Shown here one piece after another: positions 1 through 11,842 of a DNA stretch of 47,120 nt. Made by a program: the position numbers and the translations under genes. Under the pieces are notes generated by a model. That model was not told the origin of the DNA, made no database searches, and saw nothing but the letters and a program-made list of their open reading frames with translations. Position 1 is the first letter of the stretch; each line of letters starts with the position of its first letter. The stretch lies in NCBI RefSeq assembly GCF_004010195.1, contig NC_057719.1, positions 23,135,458 through 23,182,577 on the forward strand. The letters are read 5' to 3'. Source of the DNA: Chiloscyllium plagiosum (lineage: Eukaryota).

Positions 1-39
1 CTGGATGGAAGACAGAGTGTAGTTCAGAGTAAATGCAGG

Positions 40-576
40 TGATCTGGTTAGTAAATTTGCAGATGCCATGAAAACTGATGGAGTTAGGAATAGTGAGGAA
101 GATTAGCAAATAGTACTGCAGAATATAGATCAGTTGGAAAGTTAGGCAGAGAAATAGCAGATCGAGTTTAATCTAGATAAATGTGGCAAAGTCAGAAGTC
201 ACACGACACCAGATTATAGTCCAACGGATTTAATTGAAATCACAAGCTTTCTGAGCACTGCTCCTTCATCGGGTGAAGTCAGGTGAAGACTTTACCCAGT
301 CCAACATCAGCACCTGCACATCATAGATAAATATGAGAAGATGCATTTTGGGAGGTCAAAAGCAAGAGCAAAAGTATTAGCAGCACTGATATGCAGAGGG
401 GTCCTGGGATCCAACAGCATAACTCCCTGAAAGTGGCAGTAATAATGGATAAGGTAGTAAAGGAGATGTACAGAATGCTTGCCCTGATTGGTCAGGGTAA
501 TGAATATAAAAGTTGGCAAGTCATGTATTTGTAGAAAACTTTAGTTAGGCCACACTTGCAGTATTGTTTGCAGTTC
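40..576 (+). mobile_element. Decayed CR1 LINE ORF2 (RT C-terminal region) fragment, interrupted at 186-323
   Basis: 'agtaaatttgcagatgccatgaaa' resembles SKFADDTK; 'gcagaaatagcagatcgagtttaat' resembles KWQMEFN; 'gttaggccacacttgcagtattgt' resembles VRPHLEYC; many stops and indels. Confidence 0.85.
186..323. mobile_element. Short Penelope-derived insertion (hammerhead family C): inverted arm plus 3' tail
   Basis: Minus strand reads CCGATGA-A-GGAGC-AGT-GCTCA-GAAAGCTT; same family as 41604-41692 and 44502-44640; flanked by tagataaatgtg (174-185) / tagataaatatg (324-335). Confidence 0.8.
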
Positions 577-1059
577 GGGATGTTGACGTTTTGGAGAAAG
601 TACAGAAGAGGTTTTCCAGTACGTTGCCTGGAATGGAGAATAGGTCGTACGAGGATAGGTTGAGAGTGCTAGGCCTTTTCTCATTGGAACGGCGAAGGAT
701 GAGGGGTGACATGATAGAGGTTTATAAGATGATCAGGGGAATAGATAGGGTAGACAGTCAGAGACTTTTTTCCCCGGGTACAGCAGAGTGTAACAAGGGG
801 ACATACATTTAAGGTGAAGGGTGGAAGGTATAGGGGGGATGTCAGGGGTAGGTTCTTTACCCAGAGAGTGGTGGGGGTATGGAATGCGCTGCCTGTGGGA
901 ATGACAGAGTCAGAATCATTGGTGACCTTTAAGCGGCAAGTGGATAGGTACATGGATAGGTGCTTAAGCTAGGACAAATGTTCGGCACAACATCATGGGC
1001 CGAAGGGCCTGTTCTGTGCTGTATTGTTCTATGTTCTATGTTCTATGTTCTATGTTCTA
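577..1059 (+). mobile_element. CR1 LINE 3' end with (tgttcta)5 tail
   Basis: ORF 564-812 LEKVQKRF...LGLFSLERRRMRGDMIEVYKM is the CR1 ORF2 C-terminus; 'gggccgaagggcctg' 3' UTR motif; tail at 1025-1059. Confidence 0.95.
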
Positions 1060-2246
1060 AGCTGCATGCCTGGGACTCAGGGAATAATGCATGGAGATCA
1101 GCCATCAAATAAATGGATCAAATGGGAATGCGGGGAAGAGCAATGCCTTTGGGATTGACTGGGACAGCAAGGAAGAAAGGAACATAAACATTTGGAGTCA
1201 CCTAGGTTGAAAGGCTGACCCTGAGACTCATTCTATGAAATGTGATTGTGTTAGATTCCATCTCCAACGAAATTGGAAGTGTGCAATGGGAGCTAAAATG
1301 GCTAACTATCATCATACATGAAATGGGTTGAGTAAGTTTTTTTTTCCCCTTCCCTGAGGCATGGAGATTCTGTTTTTGTGCAATTTGAGGCCACTCAAAG
1401 GGCAGTAGAATTAAACAGACACCCACAGAGTACAGGTGAAAACAAAACAAACACTCAGAATGCTGGGAAACACAGCTGGTTTGAGTCCAGCCTGACTTTT
1501 CCTTGGATGAGGAATTCAAGGATGACCAACCTCTGTATGTTCATCAATATAGTTGCGGATAAAATGAAATTTGCTTATCCGGCTAATGGTGAAAAGTAAA
1601 CACCTATTACAATTATGATAGTGTACATACAATGAGGCGTCGCCAATCCTACATGTATACCACCATAAGGCCATTTTTCTTTTTCCTTTCCTTCTCATGA
1701 TATATAAGTGCAGTTTAGAGCTGCATCTGAGCTGGAGGGAGCTTCGCGATATTGGGGCCTGTTGGCTTTGGAGATTTGGGTGGGTGAGTTTGGGTGGATT
1801 TGTCGTTAGAGGGCCTGAACATGCTGAGCGTGTCCTACATAGATATAGGTTCAACCTTCTCGGGTTTGATCATCCACAGGGTGGAGAATGGCAAGCAGGG
1901 TAAAGGTAAAGGGACTGAGCATCCTAGTGTGTCCTGAGAGGAGACCGCCAGGCGGAACCCATTCCACCTCCAACTGAATGCCCACTGCAACCACCCTCTC
2001 CTTGAGAGGAAGAGTCACCTGAAAAGGTCCCTCATTTCCCCCATCACCTTATCGTTGGAGCTGAATACAAATGGCTAGAGCAACGAAGTGCAGATCTATG
2101 TACATATCCCACAGATGCTAAATCAGACTCTCCAAGGCAGTCTGTCCGTGGAGGGAGCTGGCCAATTACATTCTAGGGATGTATAGACTTCCTCCAAGTT
2201 CAATGCAGTTTGCTGAGTGCCTCAGACTAGATTCATAGAAGATTTT

Positions 2247-2577
2247 TAGATTCATGGAATCCCAACAGTTTGGAATCAGGCCCTTTGGCCCAGCAAGTCC
2301 ACACTGACCTTCCAAAGAGTATCCTACCCAGACCCATTCCCCTGCCCTATTACTCTACATTTACCCCTGACAAATGCACCTAACCTACACATCCCTGAAC
2401 ACTATAGGCAATTTAGCATGGCCAAATCACCTAACCTGCATATCTTTGGATTGTGGGAGGAAACCCAGCAGACATTGGGAGAACGTGCATACGCCATACA
2501 GACAGTCGCCTGAGTCTGGAATCGAACCCAGGTCCCTGGTGCTGTGAGGCAGCAGTGCTAAACACTGAGCCGCCATG
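2247..2577 (-). mobile_element. HE1-type tRNA-derived SINE (V-SINE)
   Basis: Reverse complement matches the + copies at 17025 and 40454 (pol III A/B boxes, central domain, CR1-like tail). Confidence 0.9.
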
Positions 2578-3433
2578 TAGTCCAACCTACCTGCTGTTCC
2601 TTTGCCTACTTATGTGTTTGGATAGCATTTTGAATGACCACATTGTCCTCCCCTGCCTGATGCAGAGCAAGAGCCTGGTCTCCAGCAGTCTTCTGAGTGC
2701 CCCTGAGTTGGGGCATCTCTTCTTCAACCACCATGGCAGTGATGTAATCGCCTGAATGTGTGCCCAGCTGAAACTTAGCAACTATACCAACCTGGAGGAT
2801 ACAAAAGTCAGCCTTGCCAGTGTACAGAATCCTAGTTTCTCCTTCAGAGGTGGAGGACAATGATGTCTAGAAGAGTTGCTATCTTCTGGGTGAATACTGT
2901 ACAGGTACCATGGCACCTGTTGGAGTCAAGAGAAAGAATGAGTGGTGACACACAGGTAGCAGTTTGGGGATGTTAAGAATACATTCACAGTGACTGCATT
3001 GAGACAGGATTTGACAATGAATCTTACCTGGGGATTGACAAGTCACAGAGATATCACTATCACCATATGAATGGTCATGCTGCTCTCCCAGTAAGGCAAG
3101 AGACCCCTTCTGGAAGGGAATGAGGAGATAGATTTCTGCCCTATTGTGACTCACTCTGCACTATTGTGGGATTTCTTTTGCCTGGTATGTGACAAAGGAA
3201 TTATTGAAAATAGCTAGCATAGTTGTCAATGCTGGTGGATATGGGGGAAAGGTGATGAGAGGTCTCGAGGCAGTTTAGAGAACATACAGGGTTAAGACTG
3301 TGGGGCATTGATGAGTGAGAGTGTTTGTGACAGAACGAGAAGATAATTGTGTCAGTTGTAAAAGTAGTAGACCATGGACGTATGTCCACTCGCAGCATTC
3401 ATGAGTCTGTGAGGTACAAAGAGAAGACAGTGA

Positions 3434-3773
3434 CAGGATGAAGGTGTCACTGGCTAGATTAGTATTTATTGCCTCTCCTTATCACCCAGAAGGCAGTTAA
3501 GCATTAACTGCATTGCTGTGGATCTGGAGTAACTTGAAGGCCACAGGTAAGGATGACAGTTTTTTTTCCCAAAAGGACATCAGTGAACCAAATGAGTTTT
3601 TCCTGACAATCAACCATGGATTCATAGTCATCATTAGACTCTTAATTCCATATTGTTATTGAATTCAAATGCCATCATCTGCCATGGCAGGATTCAAACC
3701 CAGTTCCTTCCAACATTACCTGGGTTTCTGGATTAACTGTCCAGTATTAGTACCATGAGGCCATCATCTCCCC
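3434..3773 (-). mobile_element. tRNA-derived SINE, second family (SlmI/MetaSINE-like by recall)
   Basis: Minus strand begins gggagatgatggcctcatggt with B box gggtttgaatcc; homologous to 5795, 9695, 13237, 17800 and 32030. Confidence 0.8.
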
Positions 3774-4345
3774 TAAACTTGCTCATTTGGAAGAGAAAAG
3801 ATCGTTGATCTTTCTTCACGTATTGCTGGGCATTTCTCTGCCAGTGGAAAGTCCTTCTATGTATAATGTGTATAAAATGTTTAATTATGAGTGGAACTCC
3901 ATTAATCGTGTTTCATCAATAATGAGGTAAGTCATGACAAAGTGAGCGAGATAACTCACTCGAGCCCATGGGGGGAAGCCCTCCATGAAACTCCTTGAAA
4001 TTGGAACTTAGTCACCTTTTTTGGTAAAGTTCAGTCCTCTGTATCCTGTCACTCATCCAACTTTATGACCATGCTGCCATTGTCCTTTTCATATTTGTCT
4101 TTTCACTTTTCAGCCAAGCTGGTTAAGTAGCATTTCATCAAAAACCTTTGAAAGTCAATGCACACCTCATCAACTGCATTGCATTCATCAATCTTCACTG
4201 ATACCTCACAGAACGTATATAAGTAGGTGAGGAAAACATGCTTGCCTTTGATAAATTTGTGCTGGTTTTCTTTAATTAATCTACTTTCCAAATTACTATT
4301 CATTTTGCATTTCTGAAATCCTCCCCATCATGTTTGTTAAATTTT

Positions 4346-4471
4346 TAAAAACCAAAAGAACTGCTGAAGCCGTAAATCAGAAACAAAAACAGAAGTTGCT
4401 GGAAAAGCTCAGCAGGTCTAGCAGCATCTGTGAAGAGAAATCAGAGTTAATGTTATGGGTCCGGCGACCCT
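4346..4471 (-). mobile_element. Penelope-derived 3' fragment (hammerhead family B), truncated within the ribozyme
   Basis: Perfect stem gggtc (4457-4461) / gaccc (4466-4470) beside a decayed GAAACGTT; homologous to 16845-16972. Confidence 0.75.
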
Positions 4472-4708
4472 AATTGGTCTATAGTTGCTATTTTCATTAT
4501 TTTTGAGTGTAGGTGCATGTAATAAGCAGTTCTCCAGTCCTTCAGTTTCCAGACTACATCCAAGGAAGATTGAGGATTATTGCTAATGTAATTTCCTCCC
4601 TTATTTACCTCAGTATACTTGGATCCATCTGAACCAGTTCTGTTGATTTCCCAAGTTTGTGTGCAGCCAACATTTCCATTACCTCCTCCTAAATCAATTT
4701 TTAATACA

Positions 4709-5425
4709 TCCATAAAACCATAAGCTACAGAAGAAGAATTAGGACATTTAGCCCATTGAGTCTGCTCCAACATTCAATCATGGCTGATATATTTCTCAAC
4801 AGCATTCTCCTGCCTTCTCCCCGTAACCCTTGATCCCTTTACTCATGAAGAACCTATCTACCTCTGTCTTAAATATATTCAATAACTTGGTCTCCACAGG
4901 CTTCTGCAGCAATGAGTTCCACAGATTAACTGTCCTCTAGCTGACAAAATTCTTCCTCATCTCAGTTTTAAAGGATCACCCCTTCACTCTGAGGCTCTGC
5001 CCACTAGTCCTAGTCTCTTCAGAAGTAGAAACTTCTTCTCCGTGTTCACTCTATCAGGGCTTCTCAGTATTCTGAGTTTCAATCAGATCCCTTCTCATCC
5101 TTCTAAACTTCATCGAGTACAGACCCAGAATTCTCACATGAAAAGATATTCATTCCAGGGACCATTCTCGAAAAAACTCCTCTCACGCCCTCCTAGGCCA
5201 GCCCATCATTCCTTAGTAAGGGCCCAAAACTATTCACAATATTCCTAATGAGGTCTGACCAGAGCCTTATCGCCCCAACAGTACATCACCAGTCTTGTAT
5301 TCTAGACCTCTTGAAACGAATGCTAACGTTGCATTTGCCTTCATGACTATCAACTGAACCTGCAAGGTAACTCTTACAGAATCCTTAGCTAGGACTTGTA
5401 AGTCCTTTTGTGTTTCAGGTTTCTG
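4709..5425 (-). mobile_element. CR1 LINE 3' portion (younger subfamily)
   Basis: KANATLAFVSRGLEYK in ORF 5267-5542; 3' UTR similar to 26830-26930; cataa-type tail at 4709-4724. Confidence 0.9.
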
Positions 5426-5794
5426 ATTATCCAGTATCTCAACTACTTCCCCTTTCACTATGATATTGGCAGCATCTTCATCCTGGATGAAAACGAGTGT
5501 GGCATTCGTGTTTATTATATTCGTAATTCCTTCCTCCTCCATAGATAAATCCCTTTCTATTCTCTAATCAGCGACCCCTTACTTTTACTCCCTGTTCAGT
5601 GTTGGTGTGCCTGAAGAAAATTTTAGAATTCACTCTAACATTCATTAACAGTCTGTTTTCACACTCTCTTTACTTCTTTTAGTATTTAATTTCTTCTCTG
5701 AACTTTTCACACACGGCAGCATTATCACCTCCTTTCATTTGTTTCTTAAGTGGTCACCAATATTATGATTGAATGTGGCAAGTTCAGTTTTATT

Positions 5795-6082
5795 ACTCAT
5801 TCACAGGCCAGTATTTGGTGGCCATCCCTAACTGTCCAGAGGGCAGTTAAAAGTCAACCACATTGTTGTGACTCTGGGATCACATGTAGGCCAGACCACA
5901 TAAGGACAGCAGTTTCCTTCCCGAAAGGGCATGAACTAGATAGACTTTTCCAGCTGACAATCATCATCATTAGACTCTTAATTCCATATTTTTATGGAAT
6001 TCAAACTCCACCAACTGGTATGGCAAGACCTAGAACATTACCTGGGTCTCTGGATTAATAGTTAAGCAATAACACCACCAGC
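5795..6082 (-). mobile_element. tRNA-derived SINE, second family
   Basis: 'cagagggcagttaaaagtcaaccacattg...cacatgtaggccagacc' shared with the other copies. Confidence 0.8.
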
Positions 6083-6177
6083 ACAATGGAAATAAATGGG
6101 TAATCTCCATCCTCATGCACATTTAATGAAAATGTTTTTTTGGGGAGATTGCCTAGTTCTAGCATGCTGCTTTTAAT

Positions 6178-6755
6178 CAAACATAGAACAATGAACACAG
6201 AATATAGAACAGTACAATACAGGAACAGGCCCTTCAGCCCACCATGTTTGTGCCGACTATACCATTCTCTGCCCGTTCATCATGTGTCTGTATAAATGCA
6301 TCTTAAACTTTGCTATTGTATCTGCTTCAACTACCTCTCCTGGCAGGGTGCTCTGCATCAAAACTTGCTTTGCATATCTCCTTTAAATTTACCCCCCTCA
6401 CCTTTAAACCTGTGCCTTGGACATTTGGCAATGCCACTCTGGGGAAAAAAAAACTTCATCGATCCATCTTATCCTTGCCAGCCCACCATGTTTGTGCCGA
6501 CTATACCATTCTCTGCCCGTTCATCATGTGTCTGTATAAATGCATCTTAAACTTTGCTATTGTATCTGCTTCAACTACCTCTCCTGGCAGTGTGCTCTGC
6601 ATCAAAACTTGCTTTGCATATCTCCTTTAAACTTACCCCCCTCACCTTTAAACCTGTGCCTTGGACATTTGACAATGCCACTCTGGGGAAAAAAAACTTC
6701 ATTGATCCATCTTATCCTTGCCTCTCATCTTATGTACTTCTATCAGGTTGCCCCT
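6178..6755 (-). mobile_element. CR1 3' end containing a tandem duplication
   Basis: (atagaac)-like tail at 6180-6210; 'acaggcccttcagccc' CR1 3' motif. Confidence 0.85.
6235..6721. repeat. Direct tandem duplication, unit about 244 bp (6235-6478 / 6479-6721)
   Basis: Near-identical copies both starting cagcccaccatgtttgtgccgac; reflected in duplicated ORFs 6296/6540 and 6310/6554. Confidence 0.97.
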
Positions 6756-6911
6756 AAAAGTGAGCAAACAGGTTGTAGCTACATTGTAACTTCAATAGGT
6801 TGTCACCTCATTTTTGAATACCTCTGAATGCTCTATGTACATTTTGCTGTATTGCTCATTGAACTAGAGTTAACTACCTGGTTTTCTAGATCCAGAGCAA
6901 AACGAAAGCTA

Positions 6912-7036
6912 ATAATGAAAGCAAAATACTGCAGATGCTGAAAATCTGTTCTGAATACGAGACACTAACTCTGTTTCCTTCTCCTCTGACGCTGTCAGAC
7001 CTGCTGAGGTTTTGCAGCACATATGCTTTTAATTCA
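6912..7036. mobile_element. Degenerate Penelope-derived short element
   Basis: 'aaaatactgcagatgctg' (inverted tail) followed by 'taactctgtttc...cagacctgctgag', similar to family B. Confidence 0.55.
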
Positions 7037-7747
7037 TAAAATTCTTCCATTGTTGATGACACACAGCTACAAGTGGACACCCAGTTTTGAGTTGTTCGAT
7101 CTGTTCTGAACCTAAGCTCTTTGCATGGTGGGGGGGGCACACAGCATAATGGAGGGTGTTCTCAATATCTTTGACAAGGTGCTTGTTCAGGACATGTAGT
7201 TCATTCATTAGCTACCAAAGGCCCTCAGTCCCCTACTGTACTCCCTGTACACCCATGACTGTGTTGCCAAATTCCAAACAAATGGCATATGCAATTTTGC
7301 TGGCAATGCCAACTTGGTAGGACAGACATCAAACAAGGAGGAGTCAGAATACAGAAGGGAGACGGAGGGCTTTGTAATATGGTGCAATGATAACAAACTT
7401 TCTCTCGATGTCAGCAAAACTAAAGAACAGATCATTGACTTCAGAAAGAAATGAGGAGAACACGCCCCTATCTACATCAATGGAGCTGAGGTTGAGAGGG
7501 TTGAGTGCATCAAGTTCCTCGGAGTGATGGGAACTGACAACCTGTCCTGGACTTCCCATCTAGATGCGATGGTCAAGATGACACAACAATGCCTCTTCTT
7601 CCTCAGACAGCTCAGGAAATTTGGTATGTCCATAAGGACCCTCACCAACCTTTACAGACGCACCAATGAAAGCATACTGTCTGGGTGTATAATGCCCTGG
7701 CCCAGGACCATCAGAATCTACAGAAGGTTGGGTTCCCATTGCAGAAG

Positions 7748-9074
7748 GAGAAAGTGAGGACTGCAGATGCTGGAGATCAGAGTCGAGAGTATGGCACTGG
7801 AAAAGAATAGCAGGTCAGGCAGCATCCGAGGAGCAGGAGAATCAATGTTTCAAGCATAAGCCCTTCATCAGGAATGAGGCTTGTGGGCTGAGGGGCTGAG
7901 AGATAAATGAGGGGTTGGGAGTGGGGGGAAAAGTAGCTGAGAAAGCGATGGGTAAATGAAGATGAGGAAGAAGGTGATAGATTGGGGGTGGGGTGGAGCA
8001 CATAGGTGGGCAAAGTGATGGACAGGTGTTTTAAAAAATTCTCAAGGTCAAGGACCAGGCTCGCAGGAAAGTAGTCTGACACAGAACAAACAGCCAAGAG
8101 GCGAGTCTGCTAGAATATAAGTGTTTTATTCCCCGCAGCGTCGCCACAACCAGGTCTCGTACTTACAACGGGTCTGGTTTATACTCACTCTACGTGTTAC
8201 CGGAACTGGGAGCCGTCAGTTCTCGTAGAGCGGTTGCCAACAACCCACGCTCGGCGGTTAAACGTAACCCCGGAGCAGACTCACCGAACTGGAGACTTTT
8301 CCAGCTGATATACTCTTTTCCAGATATAAACATTCATGTGAAAAAACACATTCCATTCTGGTTACATACAGATAAGAAGATTCACACGGGGAGGTGTGTA
8401 ATAAGATTCACACGGGACTAAGCAACACCTCCATTCCGGTTAGATTCACACATGTATTGGGACATAATTTTTAACCGTTTCACCACATTCCACTGCTTGG
8501 AATTTTATGTGGCCTCCTCTACATCGGGGAGACAGGACGCCAACTTGCAGATCAGTTCAGAGAACATCTCTGGGGATACCCGCACCAACCAACCCCACCG
8601 CCCCATGGCTGAACACTTCAACCCCACCAAGGATATGCAGGTCCCAGGTGTCCTCCATCGCCAAACCCTTACCACCCAACGCCTGGGGGAAGAAAACCTC
8701 ATATTCTGCCTTGGGACCCTACAACCACACAGGATCAATGTGGATTTCTACAGTTGCATCATTTCCCCTCCCCCCACATTATGCCAGTCCCAAGTCTCCA
8801 ACTCGGCACCACCCTCTTGACCTGTCCATAATCTTTCCCATCTATCTGCTCCACCCTCCTCTCAGACTTATCACCTTCTCCCCCACCTTCATCTACCTAT
8901 CGCAAACACAGCTACCTTTCCCCCAACCCCACCCCTCCCCCCCTCTTATTTAACTGTCCGCCCCTCGGCCCACAAGCCTCATTCCTGATTGAAGGACTTA
9001 TGCCCACAATGTTGATTCTCCTGCTCCTTGGTTGCTGCCTGACCTGCTGTGCTTTTCCAGCATCACAGTCTTGA
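7748..9074. mobile_element. Fold-back Penelope-like element: minus arm 7748-8026, plus arm about 8508-9074 with GIY-YIG C-terminus
   Basis: 'tgtggcctcctctacatcggggagaca' = CGLLYIGET (YIG motif); RLGEENLIFCLGTLQPHRINVDF; flanked by ttcccattgcagaag (7733-7747) / ttcccatcgtggaag (9075-9089). Confidence 0.9.
8027..8487 (-). mobile_element. LTR (ERV-like), 461 bp
   Basis: Minus strand TGTGGTGAAA...TTTTAAAACA; AATAAA at 8130-8125; repeated aagattcacacggg (8377-8390, 8403-8416) in the U3-like part; CpG-rich; no TSD visible. Confidence 0.7.
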
Positions 9075-9694
9075 TTCCCATCGTGGAAGCCAACCTCCCA
9101 TCCATGGACTTTGCTTATGTATCTCGTTACTGTGGAAAGGCTGCCAACATCATCAAAAACCCCTCCTACTCCGATAATGCTCTCCTACAACCTCTTCCAT
9201 CAGGCAGAAGATACAGAAGCTTGTAAACATGCACCAGCAGGTTCAAGAACAGCTTCTTCCCTGCTGTTATTAGATGAATGAATGGACTCTTTAAATTCAA
9301 GTAATGTTGATTTTGCTAATGTTGATCTTGTCCTGTGTGGTGTAACCTGTATGCCTTACTCTGTCCAAGTTTTTTATCACCCTAGTCCTTGCTTACTATG
9401 ATCTGCTTGTACTGCTCACAAACAAAGCTTTCCACTGTACTTGGGTACATGTGACTACACTAAATCAAATCAAATCAAATCCAGTCAAATTAAATCAAAT
9501 CAAGCCCAGTCCCGTAGTAAAGTCCTTTAGGTCCTGGACGGCTTGGTTATCAGTGGCAATGCTTTCTGATGGGCATTGTGTGTTCCTTAACTTTAGGATA
9601 TTCTGTGTTCTTGTTCCCATTCTCTTTTCCTCCAGATGTTCTACATGGAAAAGTACCGATCCATCAGCTGCTGGTGAAAGGTTAATTTTTTAAA

Positions 9695-10031
9695 ATTCAC
9701 TCATGGGATGAGGGTGTCACTGGAGTGAACATTTATTGCCTATCCCTAATTGTCCAGAGGGCAGTAAAGAGTCTACCACTGTGGGTCTGGAGTCACATGT
9801 AGGTCAGACTGGGTAAGGACAGCAGTTTCCTTCCCTAGATGATATTAGTGAACCAGATGAGTTTTCCAACAATCGGCAAGAAATTCATAGTCATCATTAG
9901 AACCTTAATTTCAGATTTTTTTATTGAATTCAAATTCCACCATCTTCTATGGCAGGATTCATACCCAGGTCCCCAGAGCATTATTTAGATTAACAGTCCA
10001 ACCATACTACCGCTCGGCCATCATCTTCCTC
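9695..10031 (-). mobile_element. tRNA-derived SINE, second family (near full length)
   Basis: Runs from tail 'attcactcatgggatgagggtgtcactgg' to head 'ggccatcatcttcc'; homologous to 3434-3773. Confidence 0.85.
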
Positions 10032-10344
10032 CATCAGAACAAAGTTTAGTTTTCTATTTTTAAAATGACATCATGTGATTAATGGATTCAAAGTCATAAC
10101 TGAGGATACCACTGTTTCCTCACCTCTGATTGGTCAGTCCTGTCAATTAGACAGGACATACCTGTGAAAAGTAAGGTTGAGATATTGACTGACAAATATG
10201 GTGAAAGTGAATGTGTCAGTCTGTTGCTTGGCTGTGGGACAACTAACAACATTGGTAATCAAACATACATCTGTAATTATATAACCAAGTTAATATCTTT
10301 CACTGGAAGCTAAATCTGAAGACAGCTCATGGGGAGGGAATTTT

Positions 10345-10516
10345 TTTTTCTCAAAGTCTTCAAATTGAGATAGATAGGCTTTCAATTGGTAAGGGAAATG
10401 AGGAGTTTAGAGAAAAAGGCAGGCAAGTGAAATTGAGGATTAGCAGATCAGCCATGATCTCATCGAATGACACAGCAAACTTGGGCTGAATTGCCTACTT
10501 CTACTTATATATCTGA
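10345..10516 (+). mobile_element. CR1 3' UTR fragment
   Basis: 'agatagatagg...gatcagccatgatctcatcgaatg...gggctgaattgcctact'. Confidence 0.7.
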
Positions 10517-11609
10517 TCAGGACATCAGTGTTACAGATCTTCGTTCTCTCTCAGTCAGTGCTCCATTGGATACTGAAGGAGGCCCTATGCAAAGATAAAC
10601 CAATGTACATCATTATTTATATACCTATCCCAATTATAAACCTAAACCCGCCAATCCCACACTTCGAGAGAAGTGAAAACAGAAGAGGGAGTGGTGAAGG
10701 AGAAAGAGCAGCCTAATGGCTTCCTTGTAGTCCAGCTTGATTAATGGCTTTGAGAGATCCAACATCAATGATCAGCCTTGGGATTTTCTATTGATCTTAA
10801 ATACTTTTTATGCCTATGTATGAGGTATTACCGAACTGAGAAAGTGCTCACCAAATTTGAAACACTTGGTGGCAAATGGAAGAAATGGAAAATAGAAATG
10901 TTGCCATGGAAATGGTCAGGTGGTACACTTCATCAGCCACACTTCATTTAATTCCCTGAAAGATTGTACTAGTTGCAAGGTTACGGTTATCTCTCAGTTT
11001 TAAAGAATGAGCACAGATACAAATAAAAATGTCCTATAATATCTGTCATTATCTTTCCAACTGACAATTCATTGATTGAAATAGCAAACTAATGTACAAA
11101 TAATCTCTGATGTCAATTTAGTAAATAAGCAGCAGGATAATAGTGCCAGTCCTATCCAACGTTGCACCATTGGGATGATTGGAGGTGTTAAATGTTGATT
11201 GCAGTCTTTACAAAATGAATCTGTTTTAGATTAATGGACATGGCTTGCAAGCATTTAAACTAATCTCTACAAATACTGTCATGTGATCTCTATCACATTC
11301 TTGCTCATAATTATAATTGCTTTTTAAAACACAACTTTCCATGTACTGTAGTGGGAAAATGTTATATTATAAGCAATTGGTCATAATTGTACTAAAATAC
11401 AAAGTATCCTTTTACACTAACATCTGGTTCACAAATTCAGGAAATATTTACAACAATTCCTGGAATGAATGCTGTGAAAATACCTTAGGGCAGTTTCAAT
11501 TAATCTTTGATCTAGATGGATGTTTCTCCTGAAAAACCAATGTGAGAAACTTTTAATTGATTTGTATAAAGATCAATCTATGTCTTGTGAGAGAATCCAT
11601 AAATAAGGG

Positions 11610-11842
11610 GAGAAAGTGAGGACTGCAGATGCTGGAGATCAGAGCTGAAAATGTGTTGCTGGAAAAGCGCAGCAGGTCAGGCAGCATCCAAGGAACAGGA
11701 GAATCGAGGTTTCGGGCATAAGCCCTTCTTCAGGAGCCCACTTTCCTCATTCCTGAAGAAGGGCTTATGCCCGAAACCTCGATTCTCCTGTTCCTTGGAT
11801 GCTGCCTGACCTGCTGTGCTTTTCCAGCAACACATTTTCAGC
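11610..11842. mobile_element. Palindromic Penelope-derived insertion with two hammerhead motifs
   Basis: 94-bp arms 11642-11735 / 11751-11844 with one mismatch; exact 14-bp TSD tccataaataaggg at 11596-11609 / 11843-11856. Confidence 0.92.
11753..11780 (+). ncRNA. Minimal hammerhead ribozyme motif (family A); mirror copy on minus strand at 11706-11733
   Basis: CUGAAGA-A-GGGC-UUAU-GCCC-GAAA-CC-UC. Confidence 0.7.

Larger units (their letters stand above)
4060..5710 (-). mobile_element. Old CR1 ORF2 remnant, interrupted at 4346-4471 and 4709-5425
   Basis: ORF 4103-4303 LIKENQHKFIKGK...AVDEVCIDFQR matches CR1 RT motifs (SQHGF, VDVVYLDFQKAFD). Confidence 0.75.
7215..9503 (+). mobile_element. Rex1/Babar-type LINE 3' half (7215-7747 plus 9075-9503), split by a Penelope insertion
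   Basis: LSPLLYSLYTHDCVAK at about 7224; ORF 7524 NLSWTSHLDAMVK...LFFLRQLRKF; LPSGRRYRSL and KNSFFPAVIR after 9190; (aaatc)n tail at 9462-9503. Confidence 0.9.

Noticed and set aside
8035..8507. Terminal inverted repeats aaaattctcaag / cttggaatttt suggesting a DNA transposon
   Set aside because: Short, gapped and AT-rich; TG...CA ends with AATAAA fit an LTR better
8452..8953. Intact GIY-YIG endonuclease gene
   Set aside because: Only a frameshifted C-terminal fragment of a Penelope ORF; RT domain absent
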